From assembly GCA_030650275.1 (NCBI GenBank), contig JAUSEK010000023.1, forward strand, positions 199,729 to 263,728: 64,000 nt of DNA, written 5' to 3'. The notes beneath the pieces were generated by a model. The model saw only the letters and a program-made list of their open reading frames with translations. It made no database searches and was not told the DNA's origin. Position numbers and translations under genes: made by a program. Each line of letters opens with the position of its first letter. The first letter of the stretch is position 1. The stretch is from Candidatus Omnitrophota bacterium (GTDB lineage Bacteria > Omnitrophota > Gorgyraeia > Zapsychrales > Fredricksoniimonadaceae). Shown piece after piece: positions 38,101-47,307 of this stretch.

Positions 38101-38316
38101 CGTCCCAAAATGATGACGGTCATGGCCGCGCTGTTGGGGTTATTGCCCATCATGTGGTCGCACGGCGCCGGGGCGGATGTGATGAGCCGCATCGCCGCGC
38201 CCATGATCGGAGGATTAATAACCTCATTTTTGCTGGAACTGCTGGTCTATCCGGCGATCTTTCATTTGTGGAAACAGAGAACGTTCAATCCATCAATCAT
38301 CAAGGAGGCAGTATGA
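35131..38316 (+). CDS. cusA: heavy-metal efflux RND permease (CusA/CzcA family)
   Basis: ~1060 aa, 12 TM, 'NKFLIFLFVAAAIAAAVW...IPDLSDTQVIV' HME-RND N-terminus. Internal ATG 35131 taken as start; the track ORF begins upstream. Confidence 0.85.
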   Translation: MDNNMTSPRQGPIGRVIEASARNKFLIFLFVAAAIAAAVWSVKNIPLDAIPDLSDTQVIVYSRWDRSPDIIEDQVTYPIVSALLGTPKVKAIRGFSDFGYSYVYVIFKDGTDLYWARSRVQEYLSKIIPSLPQGVKTEMGPDATGVGWVLQYALVDTSGKHSLQEMRSFQDWYLRYYLQSVPGVSEVASLGGFVKQYQITVDPNKLSSYKIPISRVIEAVRAGNQESGGRLVEMTGAEYMIRGHGYAKSVDDLGQIAVGVGPNGVPILVKNIAHVSLGPNIRRGVLDLNGQGDVVGGTIVMRHGENALKVIEAVKARMKEIAPSLPTGVKIEITYDRSDLILRAISHLKRQLTEEMIIVSLVILVFLWHFPSAFIPIVTIPIAVLLSFIPLFMMKLTSNIMSLAGIAISMGVLVDGAIVQMENVYKRLEEWQRDGRHGDAGPVILNALKEVAPSVFFSLLVIAVSFLPIFTLVDQEGRLFSPLAWSKTFVMAIAAVLVVTLNPAARMLFSTGKGNYYPEEKHPVSRWLFRIYEPACRFVLKHAKATIIAAVLLVLTTIPVFLKLGSEFMPPLWEGDVLYMPTTMPGISIAEAQELLQKQDRILKSFPEVEKVFGKAGRMESSTDPAPLSMVETVVTLKPEGQWRMVKGRRITHEQLIDEMDKALKIPGTVNAWTMPIKNRIDMLSTGVRTPVGIKVLGSDLAVIEKIGTRLETILKGVPGTRSVFAERAAGGYFLDFDLKRDQLARYGLSVADAQEAITSAIGGENVTTTVEGRERYGVNVRYPRELRDNAEKLKRVLVATPSGAQILLSQVADIVTRSGPAMIRDENGMLAGYVYVDVAGVDIGSYVERAKKEVAAQLQYPQGYGLIWSGQYENMLRVRERLKVVLPLTLLIIAVLLFMNTRSWIKTGIVLLAVPFSLIGAVWLLWILGYNLSIAVWVGMIALMGLDAETGVLMLLFLDIAYQDAVKAKRMNDQNDLKEAIVHGAVRRVRPKMMTVMAALLGLLPIMWSHGAGADVMSRIAAPMIGGLITSFLLELLVYPAIFHLWKQRTFNPSIIKEAV

Positions 38317-38648
38317 AAAAAGTATTAACAATAGGAGCGATTTTTCTAGGCGCGTCCCTGGTTTACGCCAACGCACAAATACCGGCGGATGCCAAGGCCG
38401 AACCGGCCTCTGATGCGGCTGTCATTGCCGTGCCCGTTGCCGCGCCGGTCGAGGTCGGCAATAAAATTTGCCCGGTCAGCGGTGAAAAGATCGTCAAGAG
38501 CACGGACATGGGTGAGCCCGTGCAGATAGAGCATAACGGCAAGATCTATGGTTTGTGCTGTCCGATGTGCATCAAGGATTTCAAAAAGGACCCGGACAAA
38601 TACGCGGCCATTGCTGATAAAGAGGTGAGTGAAAAAGAAGATTTTTAA
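38313..38648 (+). CDS. secreted YHS/TRASH-type metal-binding domain protein
   Basis: Signal peptide. 'KICPVSGEKIVKS...NGKIYGLCCPMCIKDFKKDPDKY' YHS-like motif. ATGA overlap with cusA. Confidence 0.6.
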   Translation: MKKVLTIGAIFLGASLVYANAQIPADAKAEPASDAAVIAVPVAAPVEVGNKICPVSGEKIVKSTDMGEPVQIEHNGKIYGLCCPMCIKDFKKDPDKYAAIADKEVSEKEDF

Positions 38649-38681
38649 CCAATGGCCGGAGAGATTTGCTAAAATGATTTT

Positions 38682-39272
38682 ATGCTCAATGATATCTTTT
38701 TAGCATCCATCCCCATATTTTTTGCCATGGATCCCGTCGGTCTTCTGCCGGTCTTTGTTGGCCTGACCGAGGGGATCTCTTCCCAGGAAAAGAAAAAGAT
38801 CATTGCCCAGTCGCTGGTCACCGCCGCTCTGGTGGCGGTCGGGTTTATTTTCTTGGGCAGGATCATTTTTCATCTGCTGGGCATCACCATGGGTGATTTC
38901 ATGGCCGCGGGAGGAGCGATCCTCTTTTGTTTATCCATGAGAGACCTCATGTCTTCGTCTGACCAGCGCCGCCGCGGCATCCAGGACCTGGGGGCAGTGC
39001 CCATCGGCACGCCTTTGATCGTCGGCCCTGCTGTTTTGACCATTGTGCTGATGCTCATGGGCCAGCGCGGCCTTGCGGCCACCCTGGCCGCGGTGTTCCT
39101 GAACCTCGCCATCGTCGGCGTTGTCTTTTTGGGCAGCAACGCCTTGATCGCCGTTCTTGGAAAAGCCGGATCGCGCGCTCTGTCCAAGGTCATGTCGCTG
39201 CTGCTGGCCGCCATCGGGGTGATGATGGTGCGCCGCGGCATCATTGAGATCATCGCTTTATCCCACCAGTAA
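38682..39272 (+). CDS. MarC-family (UPF0056) integral membrane protein
   Basis: 'IFFAMDPVGLLPVFVGLTEG' is the MarC-family N-terminal signature. Six TM helices. Confidence 0.7.
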   Translation: MLNDIFLASIPIFFAMDPVGLLPVFVGLTEGISSQEKKKIIAQSLVTAALVAVGFIFLGRIIFHLLGITMGDFMAAGGAILFCLSMRDLMSSSDQRRRGIQDLGAVPIGTPLIVGPAVLTIVLMLMGQRGLAATLAAVFLNLAIVGVVFLGSNALIAVLGKAGSRALSKVMSLLLAAIGVMMVRRGIIEIIALSHQ

Positions 39273-39275
39273 TTT

Positions 39276-40484
39276 ATGCGTCTTTATTTTCAGAAAATCC
39301 TGACCGCCGTATTTTTGACCGCGTGTTCTTTGGCCCTCGCGGCTTGCGCGGCGGGTTTTTACCTGTTGACCACCGCGTCCGGCGGTCCGGTTGCGGTCCA
39401 GTTCTTTCTCAAACAATATGTTCCAAAAGACGTCATCGTCATCATCGGAAATTATACCGGGACCATGCGTTCAGGGCTTATCCTGCAGGACATCGCGGTC
39501 ACCAACATCCCGGCGTTCCCGCCCGAGGCCTCTGTGCGCATCCAGCGGCTGGTCGCGCGTGTTCCCGCGTTCGACCCGAGGGACCTTTCCGTGGACATAT
39601 TCAACGCGCGCCTCGTCTTGCCCGGCTGTGACCCCATTGTCATTGAAGGTCAATATACAAAAGGTCAAGTCCAGGCCCGGGCCTATGCCCGCGTTCTGGA
39701 CGTGCATACCCTGGTCAGCGGCGTCATGCAGGAGCGCTTTTTGAAAAATCTCCAGGGTTTTATCACAGACGCGCAAATGACCGTTCAAGGCCCCTTGTCA
39801 GGGCTGCGCGTGACCGGCACGTTTTTCGTGGACCGCATCCGTTATCAGGACACGACCGTTTCCCAGGGGCTTGGCCGCGTGCAGGCGGTTTTGGTTTTGG
39901 GGGGCGGCAAAGCACTGCTCTCGGGCGATCTGATCATGGACAGCGGGCTTGTCAACACCCGTCACCGTGATATTGACCTGCGGCCCAGCCGCGCCTTTTT
40001 TACAGGAGGGGTCCTGGACGATCCTTCTTTGGATATTCACGGGACAACACAGATCGAGGACATTGCCATTGACTTTAGCATCAAAGGCACATTGCAAAAG
40101 CCCGAATTGAAGCTGCGTTCCGATCCGCCCATGGCCGAAGACATGCTTTGGCTGGTCCTGGCCGCGGGGAGGACCTGGACCCCGTCTTCTTTGAAGTATA
40201 ACGAACAGACCAAGGCCCTGGGCGTTCAAAAGAACGTCACGGACGAGTTCAAACTGGGCCTTAAGTTCGAGGAAACACCCGTGCGGCCGGGTCAGCCCGC
40301 CACCGAATACTCCCGGACCGTGGAAGGGGCCGTGCTCCTGACCGATCGATTTTCCATTAACATCGCCGAGAAATTACTTCCGCAAGACCGCAGCGGCATC
40401 CCCGCGCAGAGCGATCCCACCAACACCGATCCCCGCAGGCAGACCGAAAGCCAGATCTACCTCAAGTACAAGAATACGTTTTAA
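39276..40484 (+). CDS. hypothetical secreted protein (TamB/AsmA-like C-terminal region?)
   Basis: Signal/lipobox 'LALAAC'. Beta-rich. C-terminus ends ...YLKYKNTF. Weak call. Confidence 0.3.
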   Translation: MRLYFQKILTAVFLTACSLALAACAAGFYLLTTASGGPVAVQFFLKQYVPKDVIVIIGNYTGTMRSGLILQDIAVTNIPAFPPEASVRIQRLVARVPAFDPRDLSVDIFNARLVLPGCDPIVIEGQYTKGQVQARAYARVLDVHTLVSGVMQERFLKNLQGFITDAQMTVQGPLSGLRVTGTFFVDRIRYQDTTVSQGLGRVQAVLVLGGGKALLSGDLIMDSGLVNTRHRDIDLRPSRAFFTGGVLDDPSLDIHGTTQIEDIAIDFSIKGTLQKPELKLRSDPPMAEDMLWLVLAAGRTWTPSSLKYNEQTKALGVQKNVTDEFKLGLKFEETPVRPGQPATEYSRTVEGAVLLTDRFSINIAEKLLPQDRSGIPAQSDPTNTDPRRQTESQIYLKYKNTF

Positions 40485-40524
40485 TGCAAATGGGGACACG
40501 TAACAAGTACATGTCCCCATTTGC

Positions 40525-40553
40525 TTGACAAAAAAACGTTTTTTGTTTATAAT
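40525..40553 (+). promoter_or_regulatory. consensus sigma70-type promoter (TTGACA-17-TATAAT) upstream of the RHH regulator/znuABC genes
   Basis: TTGACA at 40525-40530, 17-nt spacer, TATAAT at 40548-40553. Preceded by a 13-bp-stem palindrome at 40487-40524 that likely terminates the upstream gene. Confidence 0.5.
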
Positions 40554-40593
40554 TCGGTAATACTTTGTATTACCTACGCGGAAGGAGGACTTT

Positions 40594-40851
40594 ATGGCGC
40601 AGACCAGGGATGTGGAGGTCATCACTTTTAAGGCGGACCGTGACCTGATGAAATTATTGAAAGGCATCCGCAACCGTTCGGAGTTCATCCGCACCGCGGT
40701 GCTGGAAGCGCTGGACAATGCGTGCCCGTTCTGCCGCGGCACCGGCGTTTTGACCACACACCGCAAGAAGCATTGGAAAGATCTGGCGGGGCATCATTCG
40801 GCGAAAGAATGCAGGGAATGTCATGAGGAGGTTTTGGTGTGCACGCATTAA
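40594..40851 (+). CDS. small ribbon-helix-helix-like regulator with C-terminal Cys/His cluster (putative metal-responsive repressor)
   Basis: N-terminal 'ITFKADRDLMKLLKGIRNRSEFIRTAVLEAL' is RHH-like. C-terminal CPFCRG...H...CREC..H. First gene before znuA. Confidence 0.4.
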   Translation: MAQTRDVEVITFKADRDLMKLLKGIRNRSEFIRTAVLEALDNACPFCRGTGVLTTHRKKHWKDLAGHHSAKECRECHEEVLVCTH

Positions 40852-41711
40852 GGACCATCGGTTTATGTTGTTTATTGGCTTGCCCCGCCTATGCCGGGAC
40901 CCCGTTGAAAGCCGTGGCCACGTTCAGTATTTTGGGGGACATGGTCAAAAACGTCGGCAAGGACAAGGTGGATGTGACGGTTTTAGTCGGCTCCGACGGG
41001 GATGTTCACACGTTTGAGCCGACCCCCCAGGAAGCCATTGCCCTGGTCCGGGCGCGGGTGATCTTTGAAAATGGCCTGCATTTTGAACACTGGCTGGATG
41101 ATCTTTACGCGTCCAGCGGTTCACGCGCCTCCCGGATCATTGTCACCGATGGGATTGAACCGATCGCTTTGGGAAATGATGAGGACCCGCACGTCTGGCA
41201 TGATGTGAGCAATGCCATGCTCATGACAGAGAGGATACGGGATGGGCTGATCGCGGCCGATCAGGTGAATGCCGCCTATTATAGGGAAAATGCGGAAAAA
41301 TATTTGGCCGAATTGGCAAAGATGGACCATTGGATCATCGAGACCTTAAAAGACGTTCCGGATGAACGCAGGAAATTGGTCACGTCCCATGATACCTTCG
41401 GTTATTTTGCCAAACGTTACGGGTTTGCGGTCATCGGGACAGCCGTTGGATCCGCCAGCACCGAGGCAGCAGACCCTTCAGCCGCCGAGATCGCCCAACT
41501 GATCGAAAAGATCAAGGCTGCGGGGATCAGGGTGGTTTTCGCCGAGAACACGCATAATCCTAAATTGCTGGAATCCGTGGCTGCGGAAGCCGGAGTGAAA
41601 TTAGCACCCAGGTTATACACCGATGCCTTGGGTCCCGCGGGCAGCGCAGGGGACACGTACGTTAAAATGATGCGGTCTAATGCCGGGATCTTCGCGGAGT
41701 CATTAAAATGA
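40839..41711 (+). CDS. znuA: metal ABC transporter substrate-binding protein (ZnuA/TroA family)
   Basis: Signal peptide, 'ATFSILGDMVKNVG...VHTFEPTPQ' cluster-9 SBP motifs. Confidence 0.8.
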   Translation: MHALRTIGLCCLLACPAYAGTPLKAVATFSILGDMVKNVGKDKVDVTVLVGSDGDVHTFEPTPQEAIALVRARVIFENGLHFEHWLDDLYASSGSRASRIIVTDGIEPIALGNDEDPHVWHDVSNAMLMTERIRDGLIAADQVNAAYYRENAEKYLAELAKMDHWIIETLKDVPDERRKLVTSHDTFGYFAKRYGFAVIGTAVGSASTEAADPSAAEIAQLIEKIKAAGIRVVFAENTHNPKLLESVAAEAGVKLAPRLYTDALGPAGSAGDTYVKMMRSNAGIFAESLK

Positions 41712-42424
41712 TGCTTTCTTATTGCCGGCACAGGCACAGTTCCCCGGACCCGCACGCCCCTGCTTTGGCGGTCAAAGGGCTGGACGTTGTTTATTCCGGC
41801 GGGGAAAAACCGGCGCTTAAAAATGTGACCCTGCGCGTTCCCGTCGGGGTATCCATGGCCCTGGTGGGGCCCAATGGTGCCGGCAAGTCCACGCTGTTCA
41901 AAGCCATCAGCGGGCTTTTGCCCGTGCGTTCGGGAACGGTGCGTGTCTTCGGCCATCGTCTGGGCGCGTGCCATCACCGCGTCGTCTATTTGCCCCAGCG
42001 CAGTGAGATCGACTGGCAGTTCCCGATGAGCGTGCGTGACTTAGTCGTCACCGGCCGTTACGTGTATCTGGGCTGGTTCGCGCGTCCGGGAAAAAAGGAC
42101 CTGCGCATGGCCGCCGACGCTCTGGAACAGTTGGGAGCGGCGGACTTAGGCGAAAGGCAGATCAGCAAACTTTCCGGCGGCCAGCAGCAAAGGGTCCTGA
42201 TCGCCCGGGCCCTGGCGCAAAACGCGGACCTTTTATTGCTTGACGAGCCGCTCAATGCCGTGGACGCGGAAACGAGGCACACCATCGCGCGGGTCCTGGA
42301 AGGCATCAAAGCCAAAGGGAAAACCGTCATCGTCGCCACTCATTATTATGACCAGCAGGAAGGCCGTTTTGACGGGGCCATTTATCTGAAAGATGGAGAG
42401 CAGGTTGATGCATTACCTCACTGA
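41708..42424 (+). CDS. znuC: metal ABC transporter ATP-binding protein
   Basis: Walker A 'GPNGAGKST', signature 'LSGGQQQR', Walker B 'LLLLDEP'. Confidence 0.8.
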   Translation: MMLSYCRHRHSSPDPHAPALAVKGLDVVYSGGEKPALKNVTLRVPVGVSMALVGPNGAGKSTLFKAISGLLPVRSGTVRVFGHRLGACHHRVVYLPQRSEIDWQFPMSVRDLVVTGRYVYLGWFARPGKKDLRMAADALEQLGAADLGERQISKLSGGQQQRVLIARALAQNADLLLLDEPLNAVDAETRHTIARVLEGIKAKGKTVIVATHYYDQQEGRFDGAIYLKDGEQVDALPH

Positions 42425-43220
42425 TCCATTCCAATATGTATTCATCCAGCGCGCGGTCCTCGCCGCGGTCATCGTTGGCGTCCTGTGCGCCGCCTTGGGC
42501 ACCTTCGTCGTGCTGCGGCGCATGTCGCTGGTCGGCCACGCCTTGACCCACAGCGCTTTGCCGGGCATGGTTGTGGCCTATTTGCTGGGTGTCAGTATTT
42601 TCTTTGGAGCGCTGATGGCCACCGTGCTGACGGCGTTGGGGATAGGTCTTTTGGCCAAGGATGAAGATGTCTATGAAGACACATCGGTGGGTATGATCCC
42701 CATGGTCATGTTCGCCGTCGGCATTTTGCTCATCAGTGCGACAAAATCCTATCGCGACCTGTCCGCCATGCTCTTCGGCAATATTTTAGGGGTCACGCCT
42801 GCGGACCTGGATCTTATTATTGTCATTGCCGGTGCAAGCGCGCTGGCCCTGGTCCTTTTCCACAAGGAAATGAAACTGTTGTGCGTTGACCCCAATTACG
42901 CCAAAGCCATCGGGGTGCCGTTTGACCTTTTGCGTTACGGCCTGCTTGTGTTTTTGGCCCTGACAGTCGTAGTCGGTATTCAGGCGGTGGGCACGGTCCT
43001 GACCAATGCTTTGCTGGTCATCCCGGTCGCGGCGGCGCGATTGTTAACGGACCGTTTGGGCGTGATGATGTTGATAGCCTGCGCCTTTGCCGTCATAGCC
43101 GCGCTGGCGGGCGTGTACGCGTCGTATTATTTCGGGATCGCCTCGGGCGCGGCCATTGTGCTGGCCGCCGCGTGTTGTTTTGGGCTTGCCTGGGCCATCC
43201 GCCTGCTATCCAAACGTTGA
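42393..43220 (+). CDS. znuB: metal ABC transporter permease
   Basis: 8 TM. 'FQYVFIQRAVLAAVIVGVLCAALGTFVVLRRMSLVG' matches ZnuB/MntB-type permeases. Confidence 0.8.
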   Translation: MESRLMHYLTDPFQYVFIQRAVLAAVIVGVLCAALGTFVVLRRMSLVGHALTHSALPGMVVAYLLGVSIFFGALMATVLTALGIGLLAKDEDVYEDTSVGMIPMVMFAVGILLISATKSYRDLSAMLFGNILGVTPADLDLIIVIAGASALALVLFHKEMKLLCVDPNYAKAIGVPFDLLRYGLLVFLALTVVVGIQAVGTVLTNALLVIPVAAARLLTDRLGVMMLIACAFAVIAALAGVYASYYFGIASGAAIVLAAACCFGLAWAIRLLSKR

Positions 43221-43255
43221 CAACCCCCTGACCTCGGTGTTATTGTAGTGTCCTT

Positions 43256-43633
43256 ATGGACCTGCACAATCGCTGGGGAGAACCCATGGACAAGGAACCG
43301 GGCGGGCTGATAGGCCCGGACGGCCAGCCCCTGCCATCCGCCCAGGAGCTCAAACCCTCTGAAGAAGAAGCGGCCCAGCCCCAACTGGATTTTTTCAATT
43401 ACGCGGCCTCGCTGGGCTTTCAGGCCATGATCTTCTTGGGCGAAATGCCCAACCCCGTCACCAACCAGACGGAAAAGAACCTCAAACAGGCGAAATTCCT
43501 CATTGACACGCTGGTTTTGATCCGCGAGAAGACCATCGGCAATCTCACCAAGGAAGAGGGTGAATTGCTCAACGGTTCCATTTACGAATTGCAAAAGCGT
43601 TTTGTGGAGATCGCGCAAAAGGAGAAGGCGTAA
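43256..43633 (+). CDS. DUF1844-family protein
   Basis: 'FFNYAASLGFQAMIFLGEMPNPVTNQTEKNLKQAKFLIDTLVLIREKTIGNL' resembles DUF1844. Confidence 0.5.
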   Translation: MDLHNRWGEPMDKEPGGLIGPDGQPLPSAQELKPSEEEAAQPQLDFFNYAASLGFQAMIFLGEMPNPVTNQTEKNLKQAKFLIDTLVLIREKTIGNLTKEEGELLNGSIYELQKRFVEIAQKEKA

Positions 43634-43812
43634 TGACTTGCCCTGAGCCAAGTCGAAGGGTCGACGACGCTCTGCTGGCCATTTTGGCCTGTCCCGCCTG
43701 TCAGGGGGACGTTGTCCTTAAGGACAATAAGATCGTCTGTACCCGCTGTGGGCGCCGGTACCCCATCAAGGACGGGGTCCCTGTCCTTTTGGCCGACGAG
43801 GCCGAGAAATGA
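43633..43812 (+). CDS. Trm112-like (UPF0434) small protein
   Basis: 59-aa ORF not in the track: 'LLAILACPACQGDVVLKDNKIVCTRCGRRYPIKDGVPVLL'. Overlaps the neighbours by 1 and 4 nt. Confidence 0.55.
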   Translation: MTCPEPSRRVDDALLAILACPACQGDVVLKDNKIVCTRCGRRYPIKDGVPVLLADEAEK

Positions 43813-44864
43813 CCCCGCGTTTAAAAAAGCTGATCGCTGAATTTCCCCATCATAAGAACATCGACGGGCTTCTGGTCGTCAACGACGCCAATATCCGTTA
43901 TCTGACAGATTTTCCAGCCGGCGAATCCTGGCTTTTGGTCACGCCCCAAAAAGCCGTCTATATTACAGACTTTCGTTATCTCCTGCAGGCCAGGCAGGGC
44001 CTTAAAGGGGTCATCGTCAAGCAATATACCAAGACCCCGTGCCTTGTCCTGTTCGATCTGGTCAGGGGCCTGAAGGTCAAACGGCTTGGTTTTGATGAGC
44101 GCCACACGAGCGTGGCCCAATTCAAGAAATTAAAACAATTCTGTCCGCGGCGCACCAAATTGGTGCCGGCCGGCGGCCTGGTGGAATCATTAAGGGAGAT
44201 CAAGGAAGAAGGGGAGATCGCCCGGATCCGTGCCTGTTTGAAACTGCATTTCAAGGCCCTGGATCTTTTAAAGAAAGTGGTGAAGCCCGGGGTCACGGAG
44301 CGCCATGTCCTGGCCCGGTTGGAGCGTTTCGTCAAGTCCCATAAAGCAGGGTTTGCTTTTGATCCCATTATTGCTTCCGGCCCCAATTCCTGTTATCCTC
44401 ATGCCTGTGTCACGGACCGTGTGATCCGCAACAATGAGCCGGTCCTGATCGATATAGGCATTGAGATCGGGGGTTATAAGTCTGACTTGACACGAAATTT
44501 CTTTTTGGGTAGAATTCTACCCTCTGTTCGCCAGGCCTTTGACGCCGTGAAACTTGCGCAAAGCACAGCCATCGCCATGATCAAACCCGGCGTCTCGGCG
44601 GCCCAGGTGGATGCGAAGGCACGTAACACATTGAAAAAATTCGGGTTAGCAAAATATTTCGGCCATTCCCTTGGCCATGGCGTTGGTTTGGATATTCATG
44701 AGAACCCGCGGCTGTCGTGCAAAAGCACGGGTGTTTTAGAACCGGGGATGGTCGTGACCGTGGAGCCGGCGGTTTACATCCCCAACCAGTTCGGGATCAG
44801 GGTCGAGGACATGGTTTTGGTGACATCCCAAGGATGCGAGGTATTGAGTACACCGTTAAATTAG
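43809..44864 (+). CDS. M24-family Xaa-Pro aminopeptidase/dipeptidase
   Basis: 'HSLGHGVGLDIHENP', 'VVTVEPAVY', creatinase-like N-domain. Confidence 0.8.
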   Translation: MTPRLKKLIAEFPHHKNIDGLLVVNDANIRYLTDFPAGESWLLVTPQKAVYITDFRYLLQARQGLKGVIVKQYTKTPCLVLFDLVRGLKVKRLGFDERHTSVAQFKKLKQFCPRRTKLVPAGGLVESLREIKEEGEIARIRACLKLHFKALDLLKKVVKPGVTERHVLARLERFVKSHKAGFAFDPIIASGPNSCYPHACVTDRVIRNNEPVLIDIGIEIGGYKSDLTRNFFLGRILPSVRQAFDAVKLAQSTAIAMIKPGVSAAQVDAKARNTLKKFGLAKYFGHSLGHGVGLDIHENPRLSCKSTGVLEPGMVVTVEPAVYIPNQFGIRVEDMVLVTSQGCEVLSTPLN

Positions 44865-44919
44865 TTTTAATGGCACCGGTGTACTCAAATTAACACGAAT
44901 TAATTGAACGGAGCACTGA

Positions 44920-45486
44920 GTGGCCATTACGATCAATGAAATAGAAAGCGGCATGGGCCTGATGGTGGACGGCCAGTTGTATTTTATCACCGATTTTAAT
45001 CATGTGAAACCCGGCAAAGGCAGCGCTTTTGTCCGCATCCGTTTAAAGAACATCAGGACCGACGCTGTCCTGGAGCGCACCTTCCGCACTTCGGAGAGCC
45101 TGGACAATGCGCCTCTGGAGCGCCGGCGCATGCAGTTCACCTACGTTTCCGGCGATGAATATCATTTCATGGACCAGAGCACCTACGAAGACACGATCAT
45201 CTCCAAAGGACTTTTGGGTGACGCAGTCAAATACCTCCAGGATGATGCCGTGGTGGAAGTCCTTTTGCATAAGGAACAGGTGGTCAAGGTGGAGATCCCC
45301 ACGTTCATCATCGCCACGGTCATCGAGGCCGATCCCGGCTTGAAAGGCGATTCTTCCAGGGCCGGATATAAGCCGGCCAAGATCGACACCGGCGCCTCGG
45401 TCCAGGTGCCGCTTTTCATTCAAACAGGGGAGACCATCAAGGTGGACACCCGCACCGGCATCTACGTTGAAAGGGTCAAGAAATGA
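44920..45486 (+). CDS. efp: elongation factor P
   Basis: 'GQLYFITDFNHVKPGKGSAFVRIRLKN' KOW domain and two OB domains. 188 aa. GTG start. Confidence 0.9.
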   Translation: MAITINEIESGMGLMVDGQLYFITDFNHVKPGKGSAFVRIRLKNIRTDAVLERTFRTSESLDNAPLERRRMQFTYVSGDEYHFMDQSTYEDTIISKGLLGDAVKYLQDDAVVEVLLHKEQVVKVEIPTFIIATVIEADPGLKGDSSRAGYKPAKIDTGASVQVPLFIQTGETIKVDTRTGIYVERVKK

Positions 45487-45947
45487 ATTTAAAAGACATC
45501 AAAGAGATCATCGCGCTCATGAACGAACATAATCTCAATGAGATCGAGATCGAGCGTGAGGGCCTGAAGCTGAAGCTCAAGAAAGCCGCCGACGGCCAGA
45601 TTGGCGCGTCTGCCTCGCCCCATTATGCCGTTGAATCCATTCCTTCCCCCAAGACCTCTGTTCCCTCAACCGCGGCGCCGGCCGCCGATGATGCCGCTAA
45701 AAAAGGCGCCAAGGACATCAAGTCGCCCATGGTCGGGACGTTCTACCGCGCGCCTTCGCCGGAAGCCGCGCCGTTCGTCGAAGTGGGCCAGACCGTTGAA
45801 GTCGGCCAGGTCGTCTGCGTCGTGGAAGCCATGAAACTCATGAACGAGATCAAGTCGGAAGTGCGCGGCAAGGTCGTCCAGGTCGCCGTCGAGAACGCCG
45901 AGCCGGTCGAGTTCGGGCAGACCCTGTTTGTGGTCGACCCGATATAG
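45483..45947 (+). CDS. accB: acetyl-CoA carboxylase biotin carboxyl carrier protein
   Basis: Biotinylation motif 'EAMKLMNEI', Ala/Pro-rich linker. Confidence 0.85.
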   Translation: MNLKDIKEIIALMNEHNLNEIEIEREGLKLKLKKAADGQIGASASPHYAVESIPSPKTSVPSTAAPAADDAAKKGAKDIKSPMVGTFYRAPSPEAAPFVEVGQTVEVGQVVCVVEAMKLMNEIKSEVRGKVVQVAVENAEPVEFGQTLFVVDPI

Positions 45948-45955
45948 TTGATACC

Positions 45956-47299
45956 ATGTTCTCTAAGATCCTGATCGCTAACCGTGGTGAGATCGCCCTG
46001 CGCATCATCCGCGCCTGCAAGGAAATGGGCATACGCACCGTCGCTGTCTATTCCCAGGCGGACCAGCATTCTTTGCACGTGCGTTTCGCTGACGAGGCCG
46101 TGTGCATCGGCAAGGCCGCCAGCAAGGACAGTTATCTGAACATCCCGGCCATTGTTTCCGCCGCGGAGATCACCGACGTCGAGGCCATCCATCCCGGGTA
46201 CGGGTTTTTGTCGGAGAACGCGCATTTCGCCGAGATCTGCGAGTCCTGCCACATCAAATTCATCGGCCCCACCCCCGAGGCCATCCGCAAGATGGGCGAC
46301 AAGATCATTGCCAAGGAAACCGTCAGGAAAATAGGCGTTCCTTTGACCCCGGGCAGCAACGGGGTGATCAAGCGTCCGGAAGACGCGGTTGCCGTCGCGC
46401 AAAAGGTCAAATATCCCGTGATCATCAAGGCCGCGGCCGGCGGGGGCGGCAAAGGCATGCGCGTCTGCCACAATGACGTGACGCTCATCAATTCTTTCAA
46501 GATGGCCCAGACCGAGGCGGAAGCCAATTTCGGCCGGGGCGACGTTTATATCGAAAAATACGTCGAAAGCCCGCGCCACGTTGAATTTCAGATCCTGGCG
46601 GACCATCACGGCAATGTCATCCATTTGGGCGAGCGCGATTGCAGTGTCCAGCGCCGCCACCAGAAGCTGTTAGAGGAATCCCCCTCGCCCGGGCTTGAAA
46701 CGAATTTGCGCAAGAAAATGGGCGACGCGGCCGTCAAGGCGGCCAGGGCCGTCAATTATCAGGGCGTGGGGACCATCGAGTTCTTGCTCGACGGGCGCAG
46801 TGATTTTTATTTCATGGAAATGAACACCCGCCTGCAGGTCGAGCACCCGGTCACCGAAATGGTCACCGGCATCGACCTGGTCAAGGAACAGATCAAGGCC
46901 GCGGCGGGGTTGAAACTCAAGATCAAGCAGGAGGATGTCAGGTTCAAGGGGGCGTCCATCGAATGCCGCATCAACGCCGAGGACCCGTACAATAATTTTA
47001 TCCCTTCGCCGGGAAAGATCGCCGAGCTCAACCTTCCCGGCGGCCCCGGCGTGCGCATTGACACCCATATTTATCCCGGGTACACCATCAGCCCTTATTA
47101 TGATTCCCTGGTGGCCAAGGTGATCGTCCACGGCCGTGACCGCGACGAAGCGGTGCGCATCATGCGCCGGGCGCTGGATGAATTTTACATAGCGCCGATC
47201 AAGACCACGGTGCCGCTGCACATGGAGATCTTGCAGCACCCGGCTTTCTTGCAGGGTAAGACCACGACGCATTTTTTGGAAAAAATGTTGAACCACTGA
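45956..47299 (+). CDS. accC: acetyl-CoA carboxylase biotin carboxylase
   Basis: '[26 protein letters not shown]', ATP-grasp core. 447 aa. Confidence 0.9.
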   Translation: MFSKILIANRGEIALRIIRACKEMGIRTVAVYSQADQHSLHVRFADEAVCIGKAASKDSYLNIPAIVSAAEITDVEAIHPGYGFLSENAHFAEICESCHIKFIGPTPEAIRKMGDKIIAKETVRKIGVPLTPGSNGVIKRPEDAVAVAQKVKYPVIIKAAAGGGGKGMRVCHNDVTLINSFKMAQTEAEANFGRGDVYIEKYVESPRHVEFQILADHHGNVIHLGERDCSVQRRHQKLLEESPSPGLETNLRKKMGDAAVKAARAVNYQGVGTIEFLLDGRSDFYFMEMNTRLQVEHPVTEMVTGIDLVKEQIKAAAGLKLKIKQEDVRFKGASIECRINAEDPYNNFIPSPGKIAELNLPGGPGVRIDTHIYPGYTISPYYDSLVAKVIVHGRDRDEAVRIMRRALDEFYIAPIKTTVPLHMEILQHPAFLQGKTTTHFLEKMLNH

Positions 47300-47307
47300 A
47301 AGGAAAG

